From: Candidatus Pacearchaeota archaeon
GTDB lineage: Archaea > Nanobdellota > Nanobdellia > Pacearchaeales > GW2011-AR1
Assembly (NCBI GenBank): GCA_018303885.1
Contig: JAGVXG010000004.1
Location: 1-57,036, forward strand
DNA: 57,036 nt
Direction of reading: 5' to 3'
How positions within the stretch are numbered: the first letter of the stretch is position 1; each line of letters starts with the position of its first letter. Of this stretch, positions 1 to 8,988 are shown piece by piece. Position numbers and translations under genes: made by a program. The notes beneath the pieces were generated by a model that searched no databases, was not told where the DNA came from, and worked only from the letters and a program-made list of their open reading frames with translations.

Positions 1-144
1 TGAATTGTTTTCTGCTGAAGCTCTTCCTTAAGGATTATTTGCTTGCGTAACTAAAACATCAAAACAACTGATACTGTTTATTTTGATGTTTTAGTTACGC
101 AAGCAAATAATCCTTTAGGAAGAGCTTCAGCAGAAAACAATTCA
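1..144. repeat. 64-bp inverted repeat (1-64 / 81-144, one mismatch, 16-nt loop) at the window start; probable fold-back artefact
   Basis: Position i is complementary to 145-i throughout except 29/116 (T/T). The right arm lies inside an open, protein-like reading frame. Confidence 0.9.
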
Positions 145-2373
145 AATAGCAGCAGCGGGACTTCTTATGGAAAAGGCGCTGGTTGCACTGCGGATACTAC
201 AAAACAAGCTTTAACAAATGCAACAATCACGATTATAGAAGTAAAAAATGTTGAATCTGGAGAAATACAAAATCTTAATACAACAGCCTCGATATGCGGC
301 GCTTCTGGAAATAGTTCAGGAGGTTATGTTTGTGAAATAAAACCTCTGACAAAATGGAGCGGCGGCTCAAACGTTGTAAAGTTCAAAATCACAGGCCAGG
401 ATGGCACAGAAGACATAGCTTACAGTAGATTTGAAGCAAGAGCATTTTACCTGTATGGTTGGAGTTCAACATGGCAAAATAATCCTTCAAGTAATATTAC
501 ATTGAATCTTAATATTTACGAAGCAGGAAACAGTTGGTGGTATAGCGGTTCTGGCGGCGGAGGAGTCAACGGCACAGTAACTTTGAAAAAAGTGGAATAT
601 CAAGGAAGTGATGGAGAATGGATATGGCCCCCAATTGCTTATGATTACAATGTGTCGAATGTTTCTGCAGTTAGTATTTCATCGACAACCTCGTCTTCTA
701 ATGGTGGGCAGCTAAATCTAAGTGTGTCAAATGCTCTTGGTGGAGTATGGAAATCTGGTTACTACAGAGTAATTCTTTATGCAAATACAACCTCTGGAGA
801 TTCAGATTATGGTTATGCATGGTTCGGCGTAAAATTATGGGATGTTTACGGACAGCCTGTTGATTGCGCAACCACTGTTTGTAATTATAAAAGTTATACT
901 AATACAAGAGAAAACATAACATTATATGCTACAATAAATAAAGCAGGACAAAGCTGGTGGAATTGGAACAGTAATGGGCAAGATTTAGAAGCAAATGTTA
1001 CAGTTTCTGTGAAAAAAATATTAAATTGTAAAACATGGCCATGCAAAGAATTAAACTCAAGCAACTATAACTCAAGTAGCATAACTGTAAATAAATCAAG
1101 CCCTTATTACGGAAATGCAAACCTAAGCACAGCAACTCCTTATTTAATACAAATAAATTCTACTGTAGGAAGATGGGACCCTGGATGGTATCAAATTGTT
1201 TTAAACGTTGCTGGCGATAACAATAAAACAGAAACCGGTAGTGGCTGGTTTAATGCAATTGCCTTTTATGTTGAAACACAGCCAGTAAATGCAAACGGCT
1301 CCTCCTACAGGTATACTGTAAAAACAGGCGACACAGCTTATTTTAATCTTTCAGCAACAAAAAGTTATAAATGGTGGACAGGAAGTTCTCGATATGTTGC
1401 GACAGATTATCTGAATGCAACTGTTGTTAGTGTTTCTTTAAGAACTTGGGATCAAACTACTTATCAATCAAAAGAATTTAATTTAACAAATAATTTAACA
1501 GTTGTACCAAGAAGCTTTAACGGAACTGGAATTTTAAACATCAGCTTTTATAATGGAACAGCAAATACAAGTTGGCCAGCTGGTTATTATTGGGGAGAAT
1601 TAGCCATGAATGATTCTAATGGGGAGAAATCAACTGGCTGGTTATGGTTCGAAGCAAAACCCTTTAGAGTTCATTTCACCAGTTTCAATTATACAATTGC
1701 GTTTGATCAATGCATGAATGCAACATTAGGAATTTACGAACCAGATTGGTCTATTAACACTTTGGTAAATGGAAATTACTCCGTGGTAAGTATTTATGAG
1801 GATATTTGGTCAGGAAATTCAAATAGTAAAACTACTTATACAGATTACAACACAAGCAATTTTAGTAATTCATTGAATATTTCTGTTTGTCCGCAAAATA
1901 ATGACTGGGGCTTGGGAAGCTGGGGTGGATATCATTATCTTAACGTTATTGTTAGTAATAATTCACAAGTAAATAGCACAGGATGGCTTTCATTTAGAGC
2001 TGTTCCGTTCACAGTATCTTGGAGTAGCGGTTCTGCAGGCTCCACAGGCAGTCCAACATATACAAGAGCCACACTTAGTACACCTACAGGAAGCTCTTCT
2101 ATCGGCAATTTAACAAAACTATATCAATGGCGCTGGGATAACAATCAAAATACAAAAGAAGAATATATTTTCTCTGTTGGAAATTCAAGTGTTGGATATT
2201 GTTATTCAAATGTTTCATCTGGCGGTTGTACTATTAATGGAACGCAAAACGTAACAGTATATCCAACTTCTTCAGGATGGAGAAGCGGATACAATTATTT
2301 AAATGCAGAATGGACTAAACACAATTCAGCGACAAAAGTGGATGATTGGAATGGTATTTATTTCAGTATATGA
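55..2373 (+). CDS. 5'-truncated large secreted surface/S-layer-like protein with repeated beta-sandwich modules
   Basis: Frame +1 is open from 55 (after TAA at 52-54), so the TTG at 502 is not the start. Recurring W-x-x-G-[YW]-[YHN] and G-[WY]-x-x-F-x-[AV]-x-x-F motifs about every 110-140 aa; Ser/Thr/Asn/Trp-rich; about 36 N-x-S/T sequons in 623 aa counted by eye; no C-terminal TM. Confidence 0.8.
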   Translation, partial: NIKTTDTVYFDVLVTQANNPLGRASAENNSNSSSGTSYGKGAGCTADTTKQALTNATITIIEVKNVESGEIQNLNTTASICGASGNSSGGYVCEIKPLTKWSGGSNVVKFKITGQDGTEDIAYSRFEARAFYLYGWSSTWQNNPSSNITLNLNIYEAGNSWWYSGSGGGGVNGTVTLKKVEYQGSDGEWIWPPIAYDYNVSNVSAVSISSTTSSSNGGQLNLSVSNALGGVWKSGYYRVILYANTTSGDSDYGYAWFGVKLWDVYGQPVDCATTVCNYKSYTNTRENITLYATINKAGQSWWNWNSNGQDLEANVTVSVKKILNCKTWPCKELNSSNYNSSSITVNKSSPYYGNANLSTATPYLIQINSTVGRWDPGWYQIVLNVAGDNNKTETGSGWFNAIAFYVETQPVNANGSSYRYTVKTGDTAYFNLSATKSYKWWTGSSRYVATDYLNATVVSVSLRTWDQTTYQSKEFNLTNNLTVVPRSFNGTGILNISFYNGTANTSWPAGYYWGELAMNDSNGEKSTGWLWFEAKPFRVHFTSFNYTIAFDQCMNATLGIYEPDWSINTLVNGNYSVVSIYEDIWSGNSNSKTTYTDYNTSNFSNSLNISVCPQNNDWGLGSWGGYHYLNVIVSNNSQVNSTGWLSFRAVPFTVSWSSGSAGSTGSPTYTRATLSTPTGSSSIGNLTKLYQWRWDNNQNTKEEYIFSVGNSSVGYCYSNVSSGGCTINGTQNVTVYPTSSGWRSGYNYLNAEWTKHNSATKVDDWNGIYFSI

Positions 2374-2377
2374 TAAA

Positions 2378-3682
2378 ATGAAAACAAAAATTTTTATATT
2401 GGTATTTTTTGCTTTAGTTTTAGCACTGTTTTCTAGCGTTAATTTTATTAACGCTGCTGCAGATTTTCAAGTTACAGGATTTTCTTGTTCTCCATCAGAA
2501 GTTGGTGTTAACACGCTTTTTTCTTGTACCGCAACAATAAAAAATAATGGAGATGCATCAGGAAGCGTTAGCATCGCAACCTTGTATCCAGATGCAGCAG
2601 ACTGGCTTGAAGATTCAACTTACCCGGAAAGTTCAGGAGAATCTGTTAGCCCAGGAAGTTCTACAGAAGTCACGTTTTCTGGGTTAAGGGCAACAAAGTC
2701 AGGAGATAATGGTTTTTCAAAAATAATGCTTGATTCTGTAACAGATACCTATGTTGCCGACGTAACTGTTAATGTTATTAATGTTGCAGTCACAGTTTCA
2801 AATTCTGAGTCAAGCGCCGCAGTTAATGCGGAAATTACCACAACAGTAGAAGTAACTGCTGGAGGAAATATAGATGTTTCATTGAGTTTTGCAACTGTTT
2901 CAGGAGGATGCAGCATCGGAAGCCAAAGCAATCCAAAAAGCATTACAGGAATGACAGACGGAAGCAGGCAGTCAAGAACATGGACAGTTACACAAACTTC
3001 TTCTGGAAGCTGTAATTTTAGAATAACTGCCTCGGCAACAGGAAGCGGCGGAGTTGCAACAATAGACGACTCAACAACAAGTTCAATTACTTGCACGAAT
3101 TGCCCCTCAAGTTCAAGCAGTTCTAGCTCTGGGGGCGGAGGTGGTGGCGGAGTTGCAGGAGCCGAAACAGGAGATTTCACTTCTCTAGAAAGAGAAATGG
3201 CAATTGGAGATATAACACAATTTAAAATCAATAATAATACTCATTCCCTAACATTATTGAATCTTAGTGCAACAAGCGCGGTAATTGCAATTGAAAGCGA
3301 AAAACAAGAGTTTAATTTATCATTAGGGGATACAGTTAAAGTTGACTTAAATTCTGATGGAATAAATGATTTATTTGTCCAACTAAAAGCAATTAACGTG
3401 CCATTGTTAAAGGCAACTTTTTACCTTGAGAACCTGAACAGTCCTAGTGTTCCAGGAGAAGAATCAGAAAGCGGAAAGGAAAGCGAAAAGGAAAACGGTG
3501 CAGAATCTAAAATAGGAGGCATTATAAAGAAATTACCTCGCAAAACTCTTTATGTAATTATTATAATTGTTCTTATAGCAATTCCTCTAATTATTTGGGG
3601 TTTGAAAAGATTTCTAGCCGACAGAAAATTCAGAAATCTAGCCTCCAGGGTAAAAGTAAAAAAATTTACTCCCATAAAATAA
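2378..3682 (+). CDS. Membrane-anchored cell-surface protein (signal peptide, CARDB/Ig-like domains, Ser/Gly linker, C-terminal TM)
   Basis: ATG 4 nt after the upstream stop gives MKTKIFILVFFALVLALFSS (signal-like); F-S-C-T-A-T-I-K-N-N-G CARDB-like motif; SSSSSSSGGGGGGG linker; TM followed by a basic tail. Confidence 0.8.
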   Translation: MKTKIFILVFFALVLALFSSVNFINAAADFQVTGFSCSPSEVGVNTLFSCTATIKNNGDASGSVSIATLYPDAADWLEDSTYPESSGESVSPGSSTEVTFSGLRATKSGDNGFSKIMLDSVTDTYVADVTVNVINVAVTVSNSESSAAVNAEITTTVEVTAGGNIDVSLSFATVSGGCSIGSQSNPKSITGMTDGSRQSRTWTVTQTSSGSCNFRITASATGSGGVATIDDSTTSSITCTNCPSSSSSSSSGGGGGGGVAGAETGDFTSLEREMAIGDITQFKINNNTHSLTLLNLSATSAVIAIESEKQEFNLSLGDTVKVDLNSDGINDLFVQLKAINVPLLKATFYLENLNSPSVPGEESESGKESEKENGAESKIGGIIKKLPRKTLYVIIIIVLIAIPLIIWGLKRFLADRKFRNLASRVKVKKFTPIK

Positions 3683-3872
3683 GATTTTAGTAGTTTTATA
3701 TCTTAAATTCTTAAAATACTAATTACTAATATGATTGTTAGCCAAAACCCACCTAATTAAATAAGTATTAATGATAAGTAAGAATCTATCAGTTATATAA
3801 AAATTATAAATAAACCTGTAATTAACAACTCATTAACAAAATTTTAATAAAGCCATTTAACAATTTAATTAC

Positions 3873-4172
3873 ATGAAATCTTTTAACGAGCGCTGTTATT
3901 CTGTCCTGAAAAAAGTCCCTAAAGGAAAAGTCACGACGTATAAGGAAATCTCTAAAGCACTAAATTCAAAAGCTTATCGTGCTGTTGGAAACGCGATGAA
4001 TAAAAATCCATATGCTCCGCGTGTTCCATGTCACCGCGTCGTAAAATCTGATGGTTTTGTCGGCGGTTTCGCTTCAGGCCCAAGAAATAAAATAAAAATG
4101 CTGAAAAATGAAGGCGTTGAAGTTAAAAACAATAAAATTGATTTAAGTAAGTATTTATATAAATTTAGATAA
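3873..4172 (+). CDS. ogt: Methylated-DNA-protein-cysteine methyltransferase (MGMT, C-terminal domain only)
   Basis: PCHRVV active site, RAVGNAM helix, G-K-V-T-T-Y motif. Confidence 0.93.
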   Translation: MKSFNERCYSVLKKVPKGKVTTYKEISKALNSKAYRAVGNAMNKNPYAPRVPCHRVVKSDGFVGGFASGPRNKIKMLKNEGVEVKNNKIDLSKYLYKFR

Positions 4173-4180
4173 AAACCAAA

Positions 4181-4327
4181 ATGAAAAATCCAAAAGTTGT
4201 TTTTCTTTCTTTTTTGGCTTTGGTATTTGTCATACTAACTTTTGCCATTGATTGGTTGTTCATAATTCCTGCTGTTGTGTTGATATTTATTAACCAAAGA
4301 GAATTGATGAAAAATCGGCGAAAATAA
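4181..4327 (+). CDS. 48-aa two-helix membrane protein missed by the ORF track
   Basis: MKNPKVVFLSFLALVFVILTFAIDWLFIIPAVVLIFINQRELMKNRRK*; AAAATG start 8 nt after the ogt stop; fills the gap to cstA. Confidence 0.6.
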   Translation: MKNPKVVFLSFLALVFVILTFAIDWLFIIPAVVLIFINQRELMKNRRK

Positions 4328-4334
4328 AACTATT

Positions 4335-5957
4335 TTATTTCCTTTTCCTTAAAATATCAAAACCTTCCTTTGCAACGTACAGTCCAAGAATAAACATTAA
4401 CATTGAAATTCCAGCAAGGAGATATTCTCCTTCACCGATATATCCTCCTGCCCTAAATGTCAGAAAAAGCAATGCAGAAAGTGTAGTCACTAAAACAAAA
4501 ATCGCCGGAATTATGATGAATTTAACTTTTATCTTTTTTGAAATAAAAAATGCAGAGACTCCTATCATTGTTATTGAAGCGATAAGCTGGTTTGAAGTTC
4601 CAAAAAGCCTCCATAATGTTTCATAGCTATTTGTAACAGCGAGAAGCCATGCAGGAACCAATGTAATCAATGTTGTGACAAATCGATTTTTCAGTTTTGG
4701 AGCAAGATGTTCTGAAATTACAAATCTTCCAAGTCTTGCAGAAGTATCAACTGATGTAAGAATAAATTGGTTAACCATAAATGCCCCAAGAAGAGCAGCA
4801 ATACCTATGCTAAGAAAAGGAATAACGCTTCCTACAATGTTTCCGAATCCAGTCGAGAAAAGAACAATCCATCCCTGACCAAGAATTTCCTGAAAGCTTC
4901 CAGAGCCAGAGCCCCATTTTAATCCAGAGATAACAACAACAGTCACAAGAATAGCAAGGGTCCCTTCAAGTATCATGCTTCCATAGCCAACAGACTTTCC
5001 ATGGGATTCTTTTGCAAGCTGCTTGCTTGTTGTTCCAGAAGAAACAAGTCCATGAAACCCAGAGACCGCCCCACACGCTACTGTAATAAAAAGAATGGGC
5101 CATAAAGGAAAAACACCTCCTGAAATGTAAGCAGGAGCATTAATAACAGGGCGCACAATAAAAAATGCAACAATTCCTAAAATCAAAATTAGAATCATTT
5201 GTATAGAACTTAAATAATCTCTTGGTCTTAAAAGGAACCATACAGGAAGAACAGATGCAGCAAAGGCATATAAAAAAATCATAGTTATCCAAACATTTCT
5301 TAATAAAATCGGATTGTCTACCGGAAGGTTTATCGGAAAAATATGTCCAACCCAAACAAAGAAGAAAATGATGGTTATTGCTGCAATACTAGAAATCTTG
5401 TAGTCCCAATTATATTTCTTGATCCCCAAACCAAGAACCATTGCAAGAACAGTAATCGCGAGCAACGGAATAACCAAATCCGGTTTTCCCACGATGCTGT
5501 CGGCGGCAGAAATACTGAATACAGTAATTATGAGAACAAGAGTAAGCCAGATCATAGCACCAAAAACCCATCCTGCCTTTGAACTTAAATATTTCTTAGT
5601 TATAACAGAAACACTTTTTGCCTTGTTTCTTACAGAAGCTATCAAAGACACATAATCATGCATTGCGCCAATTAAAACAGCGCCAAGCAAAACCCACGCA
5701 ACAACAGGAGCCCATCCAAAATAAAAAACAGCAAGAATAGGTCCTATGATTGGCCCTGCTCCGGCAATGGATGCAAAATGATGCCCAATAAGAAACGGTT
5801 TCTTCGACGCAGAGAAATCAACACCTTCTTTTTTCAAAGAAGCCGGTGTTTTATTTTTGTCGTTGATTTTAAGTCTTTTTTCAATGAATTTTCCATAAAT
5901 CCTGTATCCAAAATAAAACCATACCGCAGCCAGAATTAAAATCCAAATCGAATTCAT
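4335..5957 (-). CDS. cstA: Carbon starvation CstA-family peptide/monocarboxylate transporter
   Basis: GHHFASIAGAGPIIGP, GAMHDY, ITVACGAVSGFHGLVSSGTTSKQL and WRLFGTSNQL motifs. Confidence 0.93.
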   Translation of the reverse strand: MNSIWILILAAVWFYFGYRIYGKFIEKRLKINDKNKTPASLKKEGVDFSASKKPFLIGHHFASIAGAGPIIGPILAVFYFGWAPVVAWVLLGAVLIGAMHDYVSLIASVRNKAKSVSVITKKYLSSKAGWVFGAMIWLTLVLIITVFSISAADSIVGKPDLVIPLLAITVLAMVLGLGIKKYNWDYKISSIAAITIIFFFVWVGHIFPINLPVDNPILLRNVWITMIFLYAFAASVLPVWFLLRPRDYLSSIQMILILILGIVAFFIVRPVINAPAYISGGVFPLWPILFITVACGAVSGFHGLVSSGTTSKQLAKESHGKSVGYGSMILEGTLAILVTVVVISGLKWGSGSGSFQEILGQGWIVLFSTGFGNIVGSVIPFLSIGIAALLGAFMVNQFILTSVDTSARLGRFVISEHLAPKLKNRFVTTLITLVPAWLLAVTNSYETLWRLFGTSNQLIASITMIGVSAFFISKKIKVKFIIIPAIFVLVTTLSALLFLTFRAGGYIGEGEYLLAGISMLMFILGLYVAKEGFDILRKRK

Positions 5958-6007
5958 TTTAAAATAAAGCAGTTATGTTTTATAAACTTAAACTTGCTTA
6001 AACATGA

Positions 6008-6427
6008 ATGGAAAATCTTGAAAGTTTAAAAAACGAAAACGAGGAGCTAAAAAAAGAAATTGAAAGATTAAAATCAATAAAAATCAAGCAAAAACAAGGA
6101 ATGATAAAAAAAGCGGGGAAAGGAAGCGTAATGTCAAGGGCGCCATTTGGTTATGTTATTCAACAAGGGAGGTTAATTCCAGCCGAAAACAAAGACGAAA
6201 TAGAAGAAATTTTCCAGGAATTTCTTAACGAAAATATAAGCTTAAGAAAACTGGCAGAAAAACATCATCTTTCTGTAAATGGACTAAAAAAAATCTTAAA
6301 AAATTTTACTTATATAGGAAAAATTAAATTTAATAATCAGATTTATGAAGGCACCCACGAGCCGATAATCTCAACAACATTGTTTAATCATGTTCAGGAT
6401 AAGCTTGAACGGTTGGGGATAAGATGA
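6008..6427 (+). CDS. Stand-alone recombinase DNA-binding domain protein (large serine recombinase-like, no catalytic domain)
   Basis: RAPFGY ... ILKNFTYIGKI ... GTHEPIISTTLFNHVQ matches the Recombinase domain; N-terminal coiled coil; no resolvase domain. Confidence 0.75.
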   Translation: MENLESLKNENEELKKEIERLKSIKIKQKQGMIKKAGKGSVMSRAPFGYVIQQGRLIPAENKDEIEEIFQEFLNENISLRKLAEKHHLSVNGLKKILKNFTYIGKIKFNNQIYEGTHEPIISTTLFNHVQDKLERLGIR

Positions 6428-7026
6428 CCATAAAAACAATAATCTTTGATGCAGGAGGAGTTCTTTTCCTTCACGATTGGTATAAATTAAAATCCCATAT
6501 CATGAAAGAACATAATTTTTCAATTCTGTTATATTCAGACCATCCAAAGAAAATCCAGAATAAATACAAAGGGCTAAATATAGGAAAAACTTCTTTTAAA
6601 AAAGTATTGAGTGGTTTAAGTGGCCAGAAAGATATAGACCTTATCTTAAGAGATTATGAAAAAGGTTATAAAAAATACCAATGGCTTAATTCTAGATTAT
6701 TAATCTTTCTTAAGAAAATAAAAAAGAAATATCAATTATTTGCTCTGACAAATACAAATGATTTACATTTTGAATTAAACACCAAACAAGGACTTTTTAA
6801 GGATTTTAAAAAAGTTTATGCTTCTTCAAAAATAAAAGTCCAAAAACCAGACAAGAGAGCATTTCTCGCCGTCTTAAAAGATAATCACCTAAATCCAGAA
6901 GAAGTTTTATTTGTAGATGACCAGCGCCAAAACTTGGATGTAGCAAGAAAATTGGGCATGAACACACTTATTTTCAAAAACAACAAAAAATTTTTTAAAG
7001 ATTTAAAAAAATTTGGAATAAAGTAA
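6424..7026 (+). CDS. HAD-superfamily phosphatase (YihX-like)
   Basis: IIFDAGGV motif I, LTN motif II, KPD motif III, FVDD motif IV; ATGA overlap with the upstream gene. Confidence 0.88.
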   Translation: MTIKTIIFDAGGVLFLHDWYKLKSHIMKEHNFSILLYSDHPKKIQNKYKGLNIGKTSFKKVLSGLSGQKDIDLILRDYEKGYKKYQWLNSRLLIFLKKIKKKYQLFALTNTNDLHFELNTKQGLFKDFKKVYASSKIKVQKPDKRAFLAVLKDNHLNPEEVLFVDDQRQNLDVARKLGMNTLIFKNNKKFFKDLKKFGIK

Positions 7027-7027
7027 T

Positions 7028-7432
7028 TTATCTGTAACTCGTCTGCCGCTTTCTTCTCGCCTTGCTGTCTCCTGGCTTGTAAGCTTCTTTTCTTCTGACA
7101 TCGGCAACGAGAAGATTTCTGTCATATTCAACAAAAGCTCTTTCAAGTTCTTTGTTTTTTGTGAATGCAACAATTGCCCTCGCAAGTGCAAGTCTTGACG
7201 CCTCTATCTGGCTTTTTTCTCCCCCGCTTCTGACATTTATCGCAACGTCGAAATTAATTTTACCAATCATATTCTGGGCAATTCTAATTGGTTCTTCAAT
7301 TTTAAGTCTATCTAACATCTGAAGTGTTTCATACGGTTTTTTGTTTATTGTTATTTTTCCAGAGCCTTCTGTAGCTACTGCTCTTGCGACAGAAGTTTTT
7401 CGTTTGCCTGAGGTAATTATTTTGGTGTTCAT
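7028..7432 (-). CDS. rps9: 30S ribosomal protein S9 (uS9)
   Basis: SGKRKTSVARA N-terminus; YDRNLLVADVRRKE and RQTSYR C-terminus. Confidence 0.97.
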   Translation of the reverse strand: MNTKIITSGKRKTSVARAVATEGSGKITINKKPYETLQMLDRLKIEEPIRIAQNMIGKINFDVAINVRSGGEKSQIEASRLALARAIVAFTKNKELERAFVEYDRNLLVADVRRKEAYKPGDSKARRKRQTSYR

Positions 7433-7434
7433 TC

Positions 7435-7836
7435 TTATTGTTGTTTTTTAAGCTCCTCAATTGTGATGAATTTACCCTTTACTTCCTTTCCTCCAGAAAT
7501 TTTCTTTAGCCCCTGAAATTCTTTAGGAATACCAATATAGCATTTTATTTTTGCCAAGGCAATTTTTCCCCTACCTTTTCTATGGTCTGGAAGCATACCC
7601 CTAATTACTCTTTTGAGAATTTTTTCAGAACTTCGCGAAACTTTAGGCCCTTTTTGTCCGCTTCCAATTCTCGTTCTAGATGCCTCAAAATCTGCCTTAA
7701 TATTTTCTCTGTTTCCTGTTATTATAACTTTCTCCGAGTTTAATATAACAATTTCCTCTCCTTTCAGAGCTTCTTTTGCAGCATAGCTTGCTAATCGTCC
7801 CATGATTGCGCCTTCTCCGTCTATTATCTTTGTCAT
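7435..7836 (-). CDS. rpl13: 50S ribosomal protein L13 (uL13)
   Basis: IIDGEGAIMGRLAS and KRVIRGMLP motifs. Confidence 0.97.
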   Translation of the reverse strand: MTKIIDGEGAIMGRLASYAAKEALKGEEIVILNSEKVIITGNRENIKADFEASRTRIGSGQKGPKVSRSSEKILKRVIRGMLPDHRKGRGKIALAKIKCYIGIPKEFQGLKKISGGKEVKGKFITIEELKKQQ

Positions 7837-8372
7837 TTTATTTTTGGTATAACAAGACCTCCAATTAAATCCTGTGAGAATACAACATCCTTTAGTCTTT
7901 TACTTCTTATAATCTCTCCACCAGAAAATCTTTTAATATCGCCATTTATCTCTAGCAGATATTCAAAACCCGTGTTTTCATGTCTTAAAGGGCCGCGAAA
8001 AGGAAGTTCAGGAGTTACTAACATTAAAACTTCTTTTAAAAATTTGAATGTATTCTCTGATAAAATATCGTTATGTCTAAATGCAGGAAGCATTCCTCCA
8101 GAATAAGCCATATACCAAATCCTTTGTCCGTCATCTTTTTGCCATCTTACTATTTCATTTCCAGGAGCCTGATAAGAGCCAGCATAATTATCAGTATAAT
8201 GAAAGTTTCCTTCTTGATATGTGAATGTTTTGGAGCCATCAGCTTCTCTTTTTTTACCTTCGCCGCCAGCATAGCCATTCCTCTTAGCCGCAACTAAAAA
8301 ACCTTCTAGTTCTTCTAAGTCAATTTCCAATTCTCCCAGCCTTATTTTCCTAAACAATTTTGTTACTGTCAT
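7833..8372 (-). CDS. DUF5680-like protein inserted between rpl18e and rpl13
   Basis: YAGGEG..DGSKTFTY.EGNF.YTDNYAG...GNEIV....WYMAYSGG pattern; ATGA overlaps at both ends. Confidence 0.7.
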   Translation of the reverse strand: MTVTKLFRKIRLGELEIDLEELEGFLVAAKRNGYAGGEGKKREADGSKTFTYQEGNFHYTDNYAGSYQAPGNEIVRWQKDDGQRIWYMAYSGGMLPAFRHNDILSENTFKFLKEVLMLVTPELPFRGPLRHENTGFEYLLEINGDIKRFSGGEIIRSKRLKDVVFSQDLIGGLVIPKIK

Positions 8373-8758
8373 TTTTGTTTATTTGTCAAAATCCTTACGC
8401 CTTTAGCTCCAGGGTTCTTTTTAATTTCTTCCATTATTGTTATGGCTTGCGATTTTGTTTTTAATAACTTTTCCTTTGTTTTATCAGAAAAGGCAAAAGC
8501 AACTATCGCCACTTTTTTGCTTAACTCGCCTTGGGAAAGAACTTTTCCAGGAACAACTATTGAATCGCCTTCTTTTGTCGATTTTTCAATATCATTTAAA
8601 TTAACAGCAACTTTTTGTCTTCTTGGGCTAGAAAGTATGCTAGCTACTTGCATCCAAAATTCAGAACCTGTTTTTTTAGCAGCCCTAATAGTTTCAACTA
8701 AAACTTCATTATTTTTTCTTTGCGACTGCTTTTCTATTTTTGTATTTGACTTAACCAT
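8369..8758 (-). CDS. rpl18e: 50S ribosomal protein L18e (eL18)
   Basis: VNLNDI, VVPGKVLSQG and AFAFS motifs. Confidence 0.96.
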   Translation of the reverse strand: MVKSNTKIEKQSQRKNNEVLVETIRAAKKTGSEFWMQVASILSSPRRQKVAVNLNDIEKSTKEGDSIVVPGKVLSQGELSKKVAIVAFAFSDKTKEKLLKTKSQAITIMEEIKKNPGAKGVRILTNKQK

Positions 8759-8898
8759 TTTAAATTTGCTAAATTAGTAGAAATATTCAATCCTACTAAC
8801 GCGTTAGCTCGCAGGTTAAAAATTTGAGTTTTATTGCGTTTATAAAACTTCCGCGAATTTGAAAAATTCGCTACTTTCCGTGAACAAGTTCACGTCAG

Positions 8899-8920
8899 AT
8901 GCGGGAAGAAGGATTCGAAC
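8899..8920 (-). repeat. 22-bp exact copy of the tRNA-Leu 3' end (att-like scar)
   Basis: ATGCGGGAAGAAGGATTCGAAC at 8899-8920 equals 8988-9009. Confidence 0.85.
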
Positions 8921-8988
8921 TGAAAACCACCTGCGGGTTTTCGATCCTGCATCCATCGAATCCAATACTATTTTATTCAATAGCATAA

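Noticed and set aside
1-144. Hairpin telomere or transposon terminal inverted repeat
   Set aside because: One arm is ordinary coding sequence and the copy begins exactly at the sequence edge; a fold-back artefact is simpler.
3106-3155. Ser/Gly low-complexity tract as a tandem repeat or phase-variable site
   Set aside because: Codons are mixed; an ordinary flexible linker.
3683-3872. AT-rich gap (also 10734-10845 and 18224-18370) as hidden ORF or ncRNA
   Set aside because: Only short hydrophobic frames without start codons and no convincing stems.
4335-5957. Functional link between CstA (pyruvate uptake in some bacteria) and the PK-Sat fusion
   Set aside because: 32 kb apart, PK produces rather than consumes pyruvate, and CstA substrate cannot be read from sequence.
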